NCBI RefSeq assembly: GCF_964194155.1
Contig: NC_135903.1
Location: forward strand, 1,550,001-1,614,000
Length of the DNA: 64,000 nucleotides
DNA from: Cetorhinus maximus
Lineage: Eukaryota
Reading direction: 5' to 3'
Under the pieces are notes generated by a model. It ran no database searches. It saw only the letters and a program-made list of their open reading frames with translations, and was not told the DNA's origin. Position 1 is the first letter of the stretch; every line of letters starts with the position of its first letter. Position numbers and translations under genes: made by a program. Below, piece by piece: positions 47,920 to 59,272 of this stretch.

Positions 47920-49606
47920 GACCATAAGACATAGCAGCAGAAATTAGGCCATTCAGCCCATCGAGTCTGCTCCGCCATTCAATCATGGCTGATAAGTTTC
48001 TCAACCCATTCTCCCGCCTTCTCCCCGTAACCTTTGATCCCCTTACCAATCAAGAACCTATCTATCTCGGTCTTAAATACACAATGACCTGGCCTCCACA
48101 GCCTTCCGTGGCAATGAATTCCATAGATTCACCACTCTCTGGCTAAAGAAGCTTCTCCTCATCTCAGTTCTAAAAGGTCTTCCCTTTACTCTTGAGGCTG
48201 TGCCCTCGGGTCCTAGTCTCTCCTACTAATGGAAACAGCTTCCCCACGTCCACTCTATCCAGGCCTTTCAGTATTCTGTAAGTTTCAATCAGATCCCCCC
48301 TTAACCCTTCTAAACTCCATCGAGTTTAGACCCAGAGTCCTCAAACGTTCCTCATATGTTAAGCCTTTCATTCCTGGGATCGTTCTCGTGAACCTCCTCT
48401 GGACCCTCTCCAGGGCCAGAACACCCTTCCTGAGATACGGGTCCCAAAATTGCTCACAATATTCTAAATGTGGTCTGACCAGAGCCTTATAAAGCCTCAG
48501 CAGCACATCCCTGCTTTTATATTCTAGTCCTCTCGAAATAAATGCCAACATTGCATTTGCCTTCCTAACTACCGACTCAACCTGCAAGTTAACCTTAAGA
48601 GAATCCTGGACTAGGACTCCCAAGTCCCTTTGCACTCCAGATTTCTGAATTCCCTCCCCATTTAGAAAATAGTCTATGCCTCTATTCTTCCTACCAAAGT
48701 GCATGACCTCACACTTCCCCACTTTGTATTCCATCTGCCACTTCTTTGCCCATTCTCCTAACCTGTTCAAATCCTTCTGCAGCCTCCCCGCCTCCTCAAT
48801 ACTACCTGTCCCTCCACCTATCTTTGTATCATCTGCAAACTTAGCCAGGATGCCCTCAGTTCCTTCATCTAGATCATTAATGTATAAAGTGAAAAGTTGT
48901 GGTCCCAACACTGACCCCTGCGGAACTCCACTAGTCATCGGCCACCATCCTGAGAAGGACCCCCTTATCCCTACTCTCTGCCTCCTGCCAGACAGCCAAT
49001 CTTCTATCCATGCTAGTACCTTGCCTCTAACACCACGGGCTCTTATCTTACTGAGCAGCCTCCTGTGCAGCACCTTGTCAAAGGCCTTCTGGAAGTCCAA
49101 GTAGATAACATCCATTGGCTCTTTGTCTAACCTACTCGTTACCTCCTCAAAGAATTCTAACAGGTTTGTCAGGCATGACCTCCCCTTGATGAAACCATGC
49201 TGACTTTGCCCTATTTTACCATGCACTTCCAAGTATTCTGAAATCTCATCCCTAATAATGGACTCTAAAATCTTACCAACGACCAAGGTCAGGCTAATCG
49301 GCCTGTAATTTCCCGTCTTTTGCCTCATTCTCTTCTTAAACAGGGGGGGGGGGTTACATTAGCGATTTTCCAGTCCTCTGGGACCCTCCCTGACTCCAGT
49401 GATTCCTGAAAGATCACCACTAACGCCTCCACTATCTCGTCAGTTATCTCCTTCAGAACTCTGGGGTGTAATCCATCTGATCCAGGCGATTTATCCACCT
49501 TCAGACCTTTCAGTTTTCCTAGCACTTTCACCTTGGTAATGGCCACCATATTCACCTCTGCCCCCCGACTCTCTTGAACTTTGGGGATGTTACTCGTGTC
49601 TTCCAC
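47920..49606 (-). mobile_element. Young 5'-truncated CR1 inserted in an older L2/SINE-tail element (~47790-50127, +), in RPL41 intron 2
   Basis: 347-aa RT ORF at 48285-49328 (LDFQKAFDKV, GVPQGSVLGP, KFADD); frameshift at the G-run ~49343; host element continues on both sides. Confidence 0.92.
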
Positions 49607-51627
49607 AAAACACTGCTTGTTTCCACCTCCTCATGCCTCAGCTTATGTGCTGCTGAAACATTCACCCAAGCCTTGGTTACCCCTAAACTTGATTATTCCA
49701 ATGCACTCCTGGCTGGTCTCCTACATTCTATCCTGCATAAGCTTGAGGTCATTCAAATCTCTGCTGCCTGTGGACTAACTCACACATGTTCTGTTCACCC
49801 ATCACCACTGTGCTTGGTGACCTGCATTAGAATCGAGGCATTGCTTAACTGAGAGCCAACGTTCTGCTCTTTTTTCAAATCCCTATCTCTGAAGGTTCTT
49901 GCCCACAGTTGCCAAGGGCCTAAGCTCTGGCATTCCCTCCTAAAACTTCTCTACCCCTCTCTTTCCTCCTTTATGGCGCTCCTTAAATCCTACCTCTTTG
50001 ACCAAGCCCTTGGTCATCTGTCCTAATATTTCCTGTGGTTCAGGGTCAAATCTTGATTCATAATGCTCCAGTGAAGCACCTTGAGACATTTTGTTATGTT
50101 AAAAGGTGCTACATAAATACAAGTTGTTTTCATTCCAAGTTTGTTTTATTCTGGGACAATGCTAGTAGACAGTTAATACTTTACTGTGGAAAGAATAATT
50201 AACCTGTTCAGTCTTAACTTTGTACTGGCTGTTCTACGTCACACTTCATAAGAGTTTTAAAAGCTGCAATTGTTTATGTTCCAAGTGTTAGTTAATGCAA
50301 ATGATGTAAAGTTTTGTCACTACTTCCAAAGTTGGAGGGAGGAAGCAACCAACATTCAAACATACGATGTAATTTGTTCAGCTGTGTATGGCAAGCAGTT
50401 ATTAAAAAAACAAAATTGGAAATTTAAGCATGTTAAACAGTTTGAACTGAAACTTAGAGAAACAGGTTAGGCAGTCATATATAAATGATGTTTTACAAAA
50501 TAGTTCCATTGCAGCAGTTACAATTTTCAAAAACTACTTGTTCATGGGATGTGGGTATCACTGGCTAGGTCAGCATTTATTGGCCATTCCTAATTGCCCT
50601 TGAGAGGCCCTTGGGCCACCTTCTTGAACTGCAGCAGGCCATGTGTTGTAGTAAAACCCACAGTGCTGTTAGAAAGGGAGTTCCAGGATTTTGACCCAGT
50701 GACAGTGAAGGGACAAATTTTCCCATCCATCTCTTCTTTGATAAATCTGCTTTTAAATCTAAAATAAAGTTTGAAGTTGTAACACTCTGCTGCTTTTGAC
50801 TCCTATGAAGGAATGAATTTCAGTAATTTATGCAGAAGTTTTGTTCATCCCAGGCTTGCAGTCAGAAACTTACCTACATATTGGGGCCAGACTGGGGGTG
50901 GTGCGCCAGTTAAATATGACAGGTGGCAAGCCCACCCCCTTCCCAACCCAGTCCCCATAAAATGGTAAGAGGAGGGGCCCCAAAATCAGCGGCCTGTCTG
51001 CAAATTTTAAAACAATAATTAACAGGCAATTGAGCCTGTTAACACGCCAATTGACCCAAATTACACTGTCCACACCATCAAACGGTTGGCATGGGAGGCT
51101 CCCCAATCCCTCCCTGTTCAATATCCCCGAACTACCTCTCTCTGGGATACACATGGTCTTCATTCCAGGGCCTGCCTGCAGTGTTTGAGACTGACATTAT
51201 TATGAGGGGGAAAGCAATACATGCTCTTTCACCCTCCCCCTCAAACCACCACCCCACTGTAAAATAAGCTCGAGAAGCCTGAAGTATCTAAAGGAGAGCA
51301 GAAAGGTCTCAAAACAAAAACCCACTCACCACTGCACGAACTTGATTCCCCCCCCCCCTGTCTGGAAGGTAAAGAAACTGAAGAGGCAACCATAAATTGT
51401 GCAGAAAGCAAGATGGGACAGGAGGCCAGGAGATAAAAAGTCAGAAAAAAGCCAACAGAGCAAGGCATCACTTTAAATTTGATTTCTCAAATTAGGACAA
51501 CAATAAATAGGCAGGAATATGATTGGGATTGAAGTACAAAAAATTGACACCATCCCTCAATTCACTAGTTGAAATGTAACGCATTCATTTTAATAATATG
51601 CTGGGAAAATTGAAGGTTTATACAGAC

Positions 51628-51650
51628 CTGCGCATCCGTTTCTTCCTCCA
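51628..51650 (-). CDS. RPL41: Ribosomal protein eL41 coding exon 2 (23 nt): WRKKRMR(R)
   Basis: ttttaatctgcag|TGG AGG AAG AAA CGG ATG CGC AG|gtctgt. Confidence 0.92.
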
Positions 51651-52748
51651 CTGCAGATTAAAAGAAAAATAGACTATTAGAATTTTGTTGTCTTTTTTCT
51701 GGAACATTGACAGATTTGCTCTTGCATGTTTTATTTCTATTTATCAGAAATTAAAGTGCACAATTTACTACAACTCAGTAATATACAGCAGCTCTAGATA
51801 AAAATTATGCTTTTAATAAAATCCAAGCCAATCTGGTTTTCAATCACTTCTTCCTTATATGAACAATCTACTTTGGCTATTCTGCAAACAACATGGGCCC
51901 TAAACCCATATACCTGTCCTGTTCCCGTCTTCCCCTTAACCATTCACCTAATCTCAAATATTAACGTGCTTTATGCTTCAATCACTAACTTCACTTCCAC
52001 CTCACAATATTGTGTAAAGCTTGGGCTCTTTTGTTTCCCCGTCTTCAATCTTTTGCATTTAAGCTCGTATCTATGGCCACTCAATCTTAACCCCCCCCCT
52101 CCCACCCCCAGATCATCAGAAAATGTTGCTTGCTTATCCAGTCACCCCACAATCCACAATCTCCTCCAATCTGACCAAAAATAGCTCTGATATTAAAAAA
52201 AAAGCCCATACCTGAAACACCATTCTCTGTACTGACCTTTCATCAGTTATACATTCTAATTCAGAGTTCTAATGACAGCAGTTTGTTTTTAGGCTCACAT
52301 CCAGTGTTTGGATGTTAACGAGGATGGTATCTAACCATTAAAAACCCCTACAAACAGCAGTTACCCCCACCAAACCCCAAACCAGTGAACAAGGGAAAAT
52401 ATCTAAAGGCCAACCACGTGTTGGGGAGACCCAGTCTGACTTATTCTTTTAGCTGAAGTTAGTTCTGTCGTAACTTGGAACCCGAGTTTGTGCCCTCTCC
52501 AAATGGAAGGGGCATTAATAATTTAAACCTCCTTCCCGCCTGATGATTTAATTATCCGCATCCACTGAATAAATATTGAAAGAGGCGCGAGGCACCAGCC
52601 CCCCACCCCCCAGCAATGGCAGGGACCTTCACCACAAACATGAGGGGAGGAATAAATACCTTCCACACAAAACAGTTACCATTTCTTTTCACAAATTATG
52701 ATATTGGGATTTATTTATTTATTCATTCGTTCTCCACACATCACTCAC

Positions 52749-52760
52749 CTTCGCCCTCAT
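52749..52760 (-). CDS. RPL41: Ribosomal protein eL41 coding exon 1: MRAK
   Basis: ggaccATG AGG GCG AAG|gtgagt, a perfect donor with A at -3; exons 12+23+43 = 78 nt = 25 aa plus stop. Confidence 0.92.
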
Positions 52761-53097
52761 GGTCCGAAAGCCAAGCTGCTCTCACTCAGTGTAAGGTTGC
52801 AGTGCGCATGCGCCACACCACTAATTTTCTTTTAAAAAACTACAATTCCCATGATGCCACACACCTAGATAAAAAATATTTTGAAGTGATTTTTCATCTA
52901 GCGCGGTTGTTTGTGTCTTAATTGATTATTTTAATCTTAAATAACCTGTTGATTTTCATTTTTGTTGCGAGCGCGTGTGAGGCGGTTGGACTACATTTTC
53001 CAGGGTGCTCCAGGCTGCGCGCCTGCGCACTGGCGGCCCTGGCTGGTTGCCATGGCAGCGGGTGGGGGGGTTGGAGGGGGTGGGATCCTCGCGGGTG
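52761..53097. promoter_or_regulatory. Bidirectional RPL41/KAT2A promoter at the edge of a CpG island
   Basis: NRF1-type TGCGCATGCGC at 52803-52813 and GCGCCTGCGCA at 53019-53029; ZNF143/THAP11-type ACTACAATTCCCATGATGC at 52839-52857 and ACTACATTTTCCAGGGTGC at 52990-53008; RFX X-box GTTGCCATGGCAGC at 53046-53059. Confidence 0.8.
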
Positions 53098-53331
53098 ATG
53101 GCGGAGGCACCGCAAGCCTCGCAGGCCCGGACTCAGCTGCCCTATCCGTCCCCATGCCAGGCCCAGACCGTGGCCTCGCCCTCTCCGGTCGCCGCCGCCC
53201 CGAGCCCGGCGGACCCGGCTCGCCCCGGCGCCAGCAGCAGCCAGCAGCGCTCGGTCCAGCGCAAGGCCCAGGTCCGCGCTTTCCCCCGGGCCAAGAAGCT
53301 GGAGAAACTCGGCGTCTTCTCAGCCTGCAAG
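53098..53331 (+). CDS. KAT2A: Histone acetyltransferase KAT2A/GCN5 coding exon 1
   Basis: MAEAPQ...DPARPG..QQRSVQRKAQVRAFPRAKKLEKLGVFSACK|gtaaga; DPARPG and GVFSACK favour KAT2A over KAT2B. Confidence 0.93.
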
Positions 53332-55929
53332 GTAAGAGCAGAGCCCCCGGGCCGAAGGGGCTGCAGAGCGGTCCAGAATCCCAGCCTGTCTCTCTTAGGC
53401 TGAGATTAAGTCGCTTTTTTCCCCAACATTATTCTCCTAAACTAAGCAACACAACATTTATTTTAGAATTAAATGTGGAGACTGAAAAGCACCTCATCTT
53501 TCCTCCATTACCCTCTGCATCTCCTCTAATAGCCTTGTACACATAGGACCATACATAAAGAATGATCACTTGGCTTCAGAAAGCTGAGGAGGTGTCATAT
53601 CTGTAGAACTGCATTCAGAAAATTGGCAGAAAGAAATTGTCTTCAAAATAGTGATATGTCCCAGACTCTTTCACTGACTTGAGCGTTCCTTGAGTAGGCA
53701 AAGCACCTGGGTAATAGCATGCATCTCAATTTGTAACCTTAACATTTAAATAACACACACTCTTTAATCTAGTAAAACGTACCAAGGTGCCACCTTCAGA
53801 GGAAAAGACCGAATCTGTACTGAGCAGAAGTTTGGGAGGTGACCAAAGCATTGGTCAGAGGTCGATTTTTTTTTAAAGAGAAGTCTATAGAAGTGGGGAT
53901 AGCAGTATGTCAGAAGGCTGATGTACCATGCCACGAAAGGAGCACAGATAGATGCGAGTGGATGCAGTGAAAGTCAGAAGAGCATCTACTGGCATATTGT
54001 TAGATAAAACTGAGGAGATAGGTGTTGTTGGTGATAATAGGATGTGACATTTGGAGCTGCTTTTGAGGGTCAAACAGATGACATTCAGCCTGAGTGAGTA
54101 GCCAGCGGAAATGATAAAACAGAAAATATTGTGAATACACCAGTTGAGGTGCATCTGTGGAGAGAAAAGCAGAATTAACCGTCCAGGCCTGTGGCCTTTT
54201 CTGCTGCTGTGGATCTGGAGTCAGAAGAAGCCTAGACTGGGTAAGGATGACAGATTTCCTCTCCTGAAGTTCATGAATGAACCAGAGGGTAGTTTCATGA
54301 CCATTATTAATGACACCAGCATTTTATTCCATATTTAAATGTCCCTAGCTGCTATGGTGGGATTTGAACTCGTCTCTCCAGACCATTAGTCTGGGCTTCT
54401 GGATTACAAGTCCAATAACATTACCAATACCCTACCATCCCCTTGAGTGACATGAGGACCACTGAAGACACAATAGGAGAGGATTGGAAATGGAAGAGAC
54501 TAACAGAATTCCATGGGAGCAGCAACAGAATCTCCTGAAAGTGAAGCAAAAGACAAGCAGCCACAGTTGCCTTGGAAAAGGAGAGCCAGCGGTTGAAGAG
54601 ATTCCTCAGGCACAGTGAGGTGTGGAGTGAGGCTAACCGGACGGATTCCCTGGGAGAGGAAAGAGCAGTATGTGAAATTGGCAGGATTTGGTGGAATGAC
54701 TTGATGTTATGCAGAGAGACCTGGAAGATCATTTTTTTTGAGGGGTAACCTGAAAGGGCAAAAAGCAGAAATTAAAAACAGAAACATCTCTATGCAGTTG
54801 TGTAAGACATGATCAAAACTGAGAGTTATTGACATTGCACAAAATAAATACACAGCAGTGAATTGCAAGATAAGTTATTGAATTTATAACTGCTGGAAAA
54901 ACCCTTTGTGGAAGTAACTATTGTACATTATAGTCCTGATATATTACACATTTGTTTCAACTAAACCTCCTGATGTGGAAAACATAAAAACTGTCTTTTT
55001 TTTCTTGCAGTTAAAAATAAAATACAACATGTTTTAGAATGGATGTGCCCTGATTAGCACTATGGTGTGATAAATATGTCCACTAGACTCTGAAGATAAT
55101 TCCTTGGTGTCGTTGTGAATTATTCAATCAGGATGCCTCTGAGAGAGATTTATCATGTTATATACAGTTGGTCGCAACACTTCTATTTAATGGTTACTGT
55201 TGGAATCTGTATGGAATAAACCTATACAAAAGTAGTGATTTTATATTGAATTATTACCTTAAGTTCCCTCCCCGACATTTATTGCGTGCAATATATATAG
55301 CTTGATTTGGCAGTTCCAAGAGTTACTGCAAGGTGATTTTCTACTCATCTGTGCTTGTAAATAATGAGCAGTGTGTTTTTATAACTTCAGTCATCAAATC
55401 TGGAATAAATAGGTACATGTTTAAGAAGGCTTGGAGAGATTCAAGTAACATTGGAAATTGCAAGAGTTTTACTCGGGTTTATCTTCAGTCTTGAGAAGTG
55501 TTGCATCTTTTTGAATTATCTTACTGGTTAATAATGTATAAAAGCATTAGCAGTCTATTACTAATATTTTCAGCTGTTGTTTAGCAGTTGGCTTTGAAAG
55601 AAATTTCCTCTAGTCTAATTGAATTACATGATTTGAACTGAAGTACTATTATACTCTTTGATCTACAGTGTTTTGTTTTGTCTGCTACTGAGAAACACAC
55701 AAAGGCCTTATTTATTTTTGTAACAATTGACATATCAGAGTCCCTGCTAGATTCAGCTGATCGCAGGTTTTATATAATTATAGTATTCATTCATGAATAG
55801 AAATGTTCAACACTATATGAGCAAACATGTACATGATCAGTTGGTTATTTCCATTCCTTGTTACAGTCACACAGTTACTAGGGACCAATGACAGATGGAA
55901 TGTTTTAGTCACATTTTTCCCCACAAACC

Positions 55930-56930
55930 TAGAATCATGGAATGGTTACAGCACAGAAAGAGGCCATTCAATCCATCCTGCCTGTGCCAGCTTTCTACAC
56001 CAGCATCTCAGCTAGGCCCTTTCCTCATAGCTCCATAATGTTTTTCTTTTCAGGTGCTCAACTCTCTTCTCAAGCCCCCGATTGAGCCTGTCCCCACCAC
56101 ACACTCAGGTACTGCATTCCAGGTCCTAACCATGCACTGTGAAAAAGTTTTACCTAGATGTTGCTGATGCTGCTTTTGACAGTCGCTTTAAATCGGTGTC
56201 CTCTGGTTCTTGACTCTTCCACCAATGGGAACAGATTTTCCTTATTGACTCTCTGCACCCCTTGATTTTCCTCTAAAACTCCTCTAAGAAAACAATCCCA
56301 GCTTCTCTAACCTACCGTCATAACTGAAGTCTCTCATCGCCGAAGCCATTCCTATAAGCCCTTTCAGTACCCTTTCTAAAGCCTTTCCATTTTTCCTAAA
56401 GCCCAGAATTGGACACACTGCTCCAGTTGAGGCTGAACCAGTGTTTTATACAAGTTTATCATAGCTCAAATAAAAGCAAAATATTGCGGATCCTGGAAAT
56501 CTGAAATAAAAACAGAAAATGCTGGAAAAACTCAGCAGGCCTGACACAATCTGTGGAGAGAGAAACAGAGTTAACCTTTCAAATCAGTATGATTCTTCAG
56601 AGCTCTGAAGACTTCTCCAGAGCTCTGAAGAAGAGTCATATGGACTGCAAACGTTGGCTCTGTTTCCCTCTTCACAGATGCTGTCCGGCCTGCTGAGTTT
56701 TTCCAGCATTTTCTGTTTTTATTTATCATAGCTTCCTTGCTTTTGCATTCCATGCCTCAAAAAGCCAAGGACCCCCTTTGCCTTTTTAGCTACTTTCTCA
56801 ACCTGCCCTGCCACTGTCAACAAATTGTGCACTTATCACCCCCCTCAACCGCACCCACTTTAGAATTGTACCCTTTAGGTTATATTGTCTCTCCTCATTC
56901 TTCCTACTAAAACGTATCACTCAGCACTTT
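55930..56930 (-). mobile_element. Old CR1 3' fragment in KAT2A intron 1
   Basis: Reverse-complement CR1 3' UTR (aggccattcaatccatc...) and MECKSKEAMI remnant. Confidence 0.7.
56467..56721. mobile_element. Palindromic Penelope-like insertion, 12-bp TSD
   Basis: TTTATCATAGCT at 56455-56466 and 56722-56733; long inverted arms. Confidence 0.75.
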
Positions 56931-57185
56931 ATTATTACATTATTCAAAAGCGGGGACAGTGTTTTCCCAAGGAATTAATGAGTATTGAATTAATAAATTG
57001 AATAAAACCGCTTACTCTCAGCACCCCTGTGCCACCCAGCCTCCTCCATGTCAAAATATACGGAAGGTTAAATAATATTAGCCTGCATTTATTTTCATGA
57101 AAACCCCTACTGAACAAGGTCTGCATGATTAGTGCAGCTATTGTGGCCATTATTTTAAGTATTAATTCATATAATTTCTCTCTAG

Positions 57186-57309
57186 GCTAATGATACCTGT
57201 AAATGCAATGGCTGGAAAAATCCAAATCCTCCTACAGCCCCAAGAATGGATATTCAGCAGCCAGCCGCCAGCCTAAGTGAGCCCTGTCGCAGTTGTGGAC
57301 ACACGTTGG
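57186..57309 (+). CDS. KAT2A: KAT2A coding exon 2 (PCAF_N domain)
   Basis: tctag|ANDTCKCNGWKNPNPPTAPRMDIQQPAASLSEPCRSCGHTL|gtaact. Confidence 0.95.
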
Positions 57310-58307
57310 GTAACTATTTTTGTGGAATGAGGTTTTACTGTGATGCATAAGACTTGTAACTGGGTGGTTCAGCAACTTGGCAAACGCCCCACTTATTTCT
57401 GGGACCAGGGTTTGAATCCAGTATGGTTTAATGGAAGGAAAGCCCTCTCTCTTTCAGATATAAGTGCAATGAGTTTTTATCAGTGTGGCAGGGTCCACAG
57501 TATATGACTCTTCAATATTCAGCACAATTAGCACACAGTCGTTATAATGGGGAGAGGGGAGTCATCTTTCAAGGCTGACTTTTGCTATGGAATGACGCCC
57601 ACGCAGTGATTTTCCCAATGCGGTAAGTTGCCCGCCTTGCTTATTTCATAAGAAAGGACATGCAAACTTAATGCTTGGGGCTTTCACACAGGGAGAGATT
57701 GGGAGCATTAGAAGATGTGATTGTCAGCTTACTATTGGTCATTTGTAGATTAGCATGGTGAAGGTTTTGAGTTGATCTGCCATGTTCAGTCAAATAAGAG
57801 ACGATTTTGAATGTAGTTGTACTGCACTCCGTGTAAGGAGTTGATGTAAAAAGGATCTTCACTTCATTTTAAATTTCTCACCCTTGTTTTCAAATCCTTC
57901 CATGGCCTTGGCCCTCCTATTTCTGTAACCTCCTCCAGTTCTACAATTCACTGCGATATCTGCGATTCTCTAATTCTGGTCTCATGCACGTCCCTGATTT
58001 TAACCCTTAATGCCTTGAGCCGCTGAGGACCTAAGCTCAGCAACTTCCTCCCTAAAACACTCGGCCTCTCGACCTTATTTTTCTCCTTTTAAGATGCTCC
58101 AAAGAACCTACCCACTGTGTGACACGGTGTTAAATTTTGTTTGATAACACTCACATGGACTTTTTTACTACATTAAAGATGCTATATAAATGCACACTTG
58201 CTGTATAAATAAGATCATGTTTCAAAATAACTTGAGTAAAGAACTAAATAAAAGACTTTTTTAGTTCTAATGTTCACTCTAATGTTTTTATTATGCTTGA
58301 CCGTTAG

Positions 58308-58453
58308 CGGACCATGTTTCTCACTTGGATAATGTTTCAGAAGATGAGATTAACAGGCTGCTTGGGATGGTGGTGGATGTGGAGAACCTATTCATGTCAG
58401 TTCACAAAGAGGAGGACACTGACACAAAACAAGTCTATTTCTATCTTTTCAAG
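58308..58453 (+). CDS. KAT2A: KAT2A coding exon 3
   Basis: ttag|(A)[48 protein letters not shown]|gtaagt; phases consistent with exon 2. Confidence 0.96.
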
Positions 58454-58889
58454 GTAAGTCTGTGGGAAAGGTACTCTGGCTGATCTAACCATCTAGAAAT
58501 TGGTGCAACAGTTTTGTATTTCCTATGTTAGTTGAAGAAAATATTTGCTAACCATCAGTTTAGTCTAAAACTTCCTTTCAACTGCAAATGCAAACTACAT
58601 GTATGAGGCATGTTGCAATGATGCATTGCAGAACTCATTTTGAATGTGAAAAACTCAATTAGTGAACTTGGGCATTGATAAATTGTGAGGTCTTATGAGT
58701 AAAATAAACCACGAATGTGCTAGTACAATACAATATATTATGGCATATCCTGTTATCACATGAAAAATATTTCTAGCTAGTTTTGAAACTTTGAAAATTG
58801 TGAAATATTACACATGCTATTGTTATTTGTAACTATTACAGTTGTAAGATTTCAGAAAAAAAGGAAAGGAAGAACCAGCTTTTCAGGAT

Positions 58890-59272
58890 GTCTGAAATTG
58901 CTTGAGTTGCTTTTTGAAGTGCAACCAATCTTATAATGTAGGGAGATAAGCGCAGCCAATTTGGACACAGCAAGGTCCCACAAACAGCAATAAGTAAGAT
59001 GTCAAGATCTGTGATGATGGCTAAGGAATAAATGGCGGCCAGGGCAAGAGGTGAACTGCCACATTGTTCTTTGAATAGTACCATGGGATTTTTTTAATGC
59101 ACATTTGAGAGGACAGAGGGGACCTTGATGTAATATCTTGATCGAAAGACGGTACCTCTGGCAATGCATCACTCCCTCAAATATCAGTCTAGATAATGTG
59201 TTCAAGCTTCGCATGTGAGGCTTGAAACGATAATCTTCAAACAATGATGAGAATTCTATTATTGAGCCACAA
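58890..59272 (-). mobile_element. tRNA-derived SINE (shark HE1/SacSINE-like)
   Basis: Minus-strand head tgtggctcaat...gtttcaagcc with a core typical of elasmobranch SINEs. Confidence 0.5.

Noticed and set aside
46741-52748. Intronic snoRNAs, as often hosted by ribosomal-protein genes
   Set aside because: No convincing C/D or H/ACA structure seen by eye; an Infernal/Rfam scan would be needed
52962-53546. 194-aa GC-rich ORF over the CpG island
   Set aside because: Alternative frame of KAT2A exon 1 running into the intron; low stop density is due to GC content (only its internal ATG is noted, as a possible uORF)
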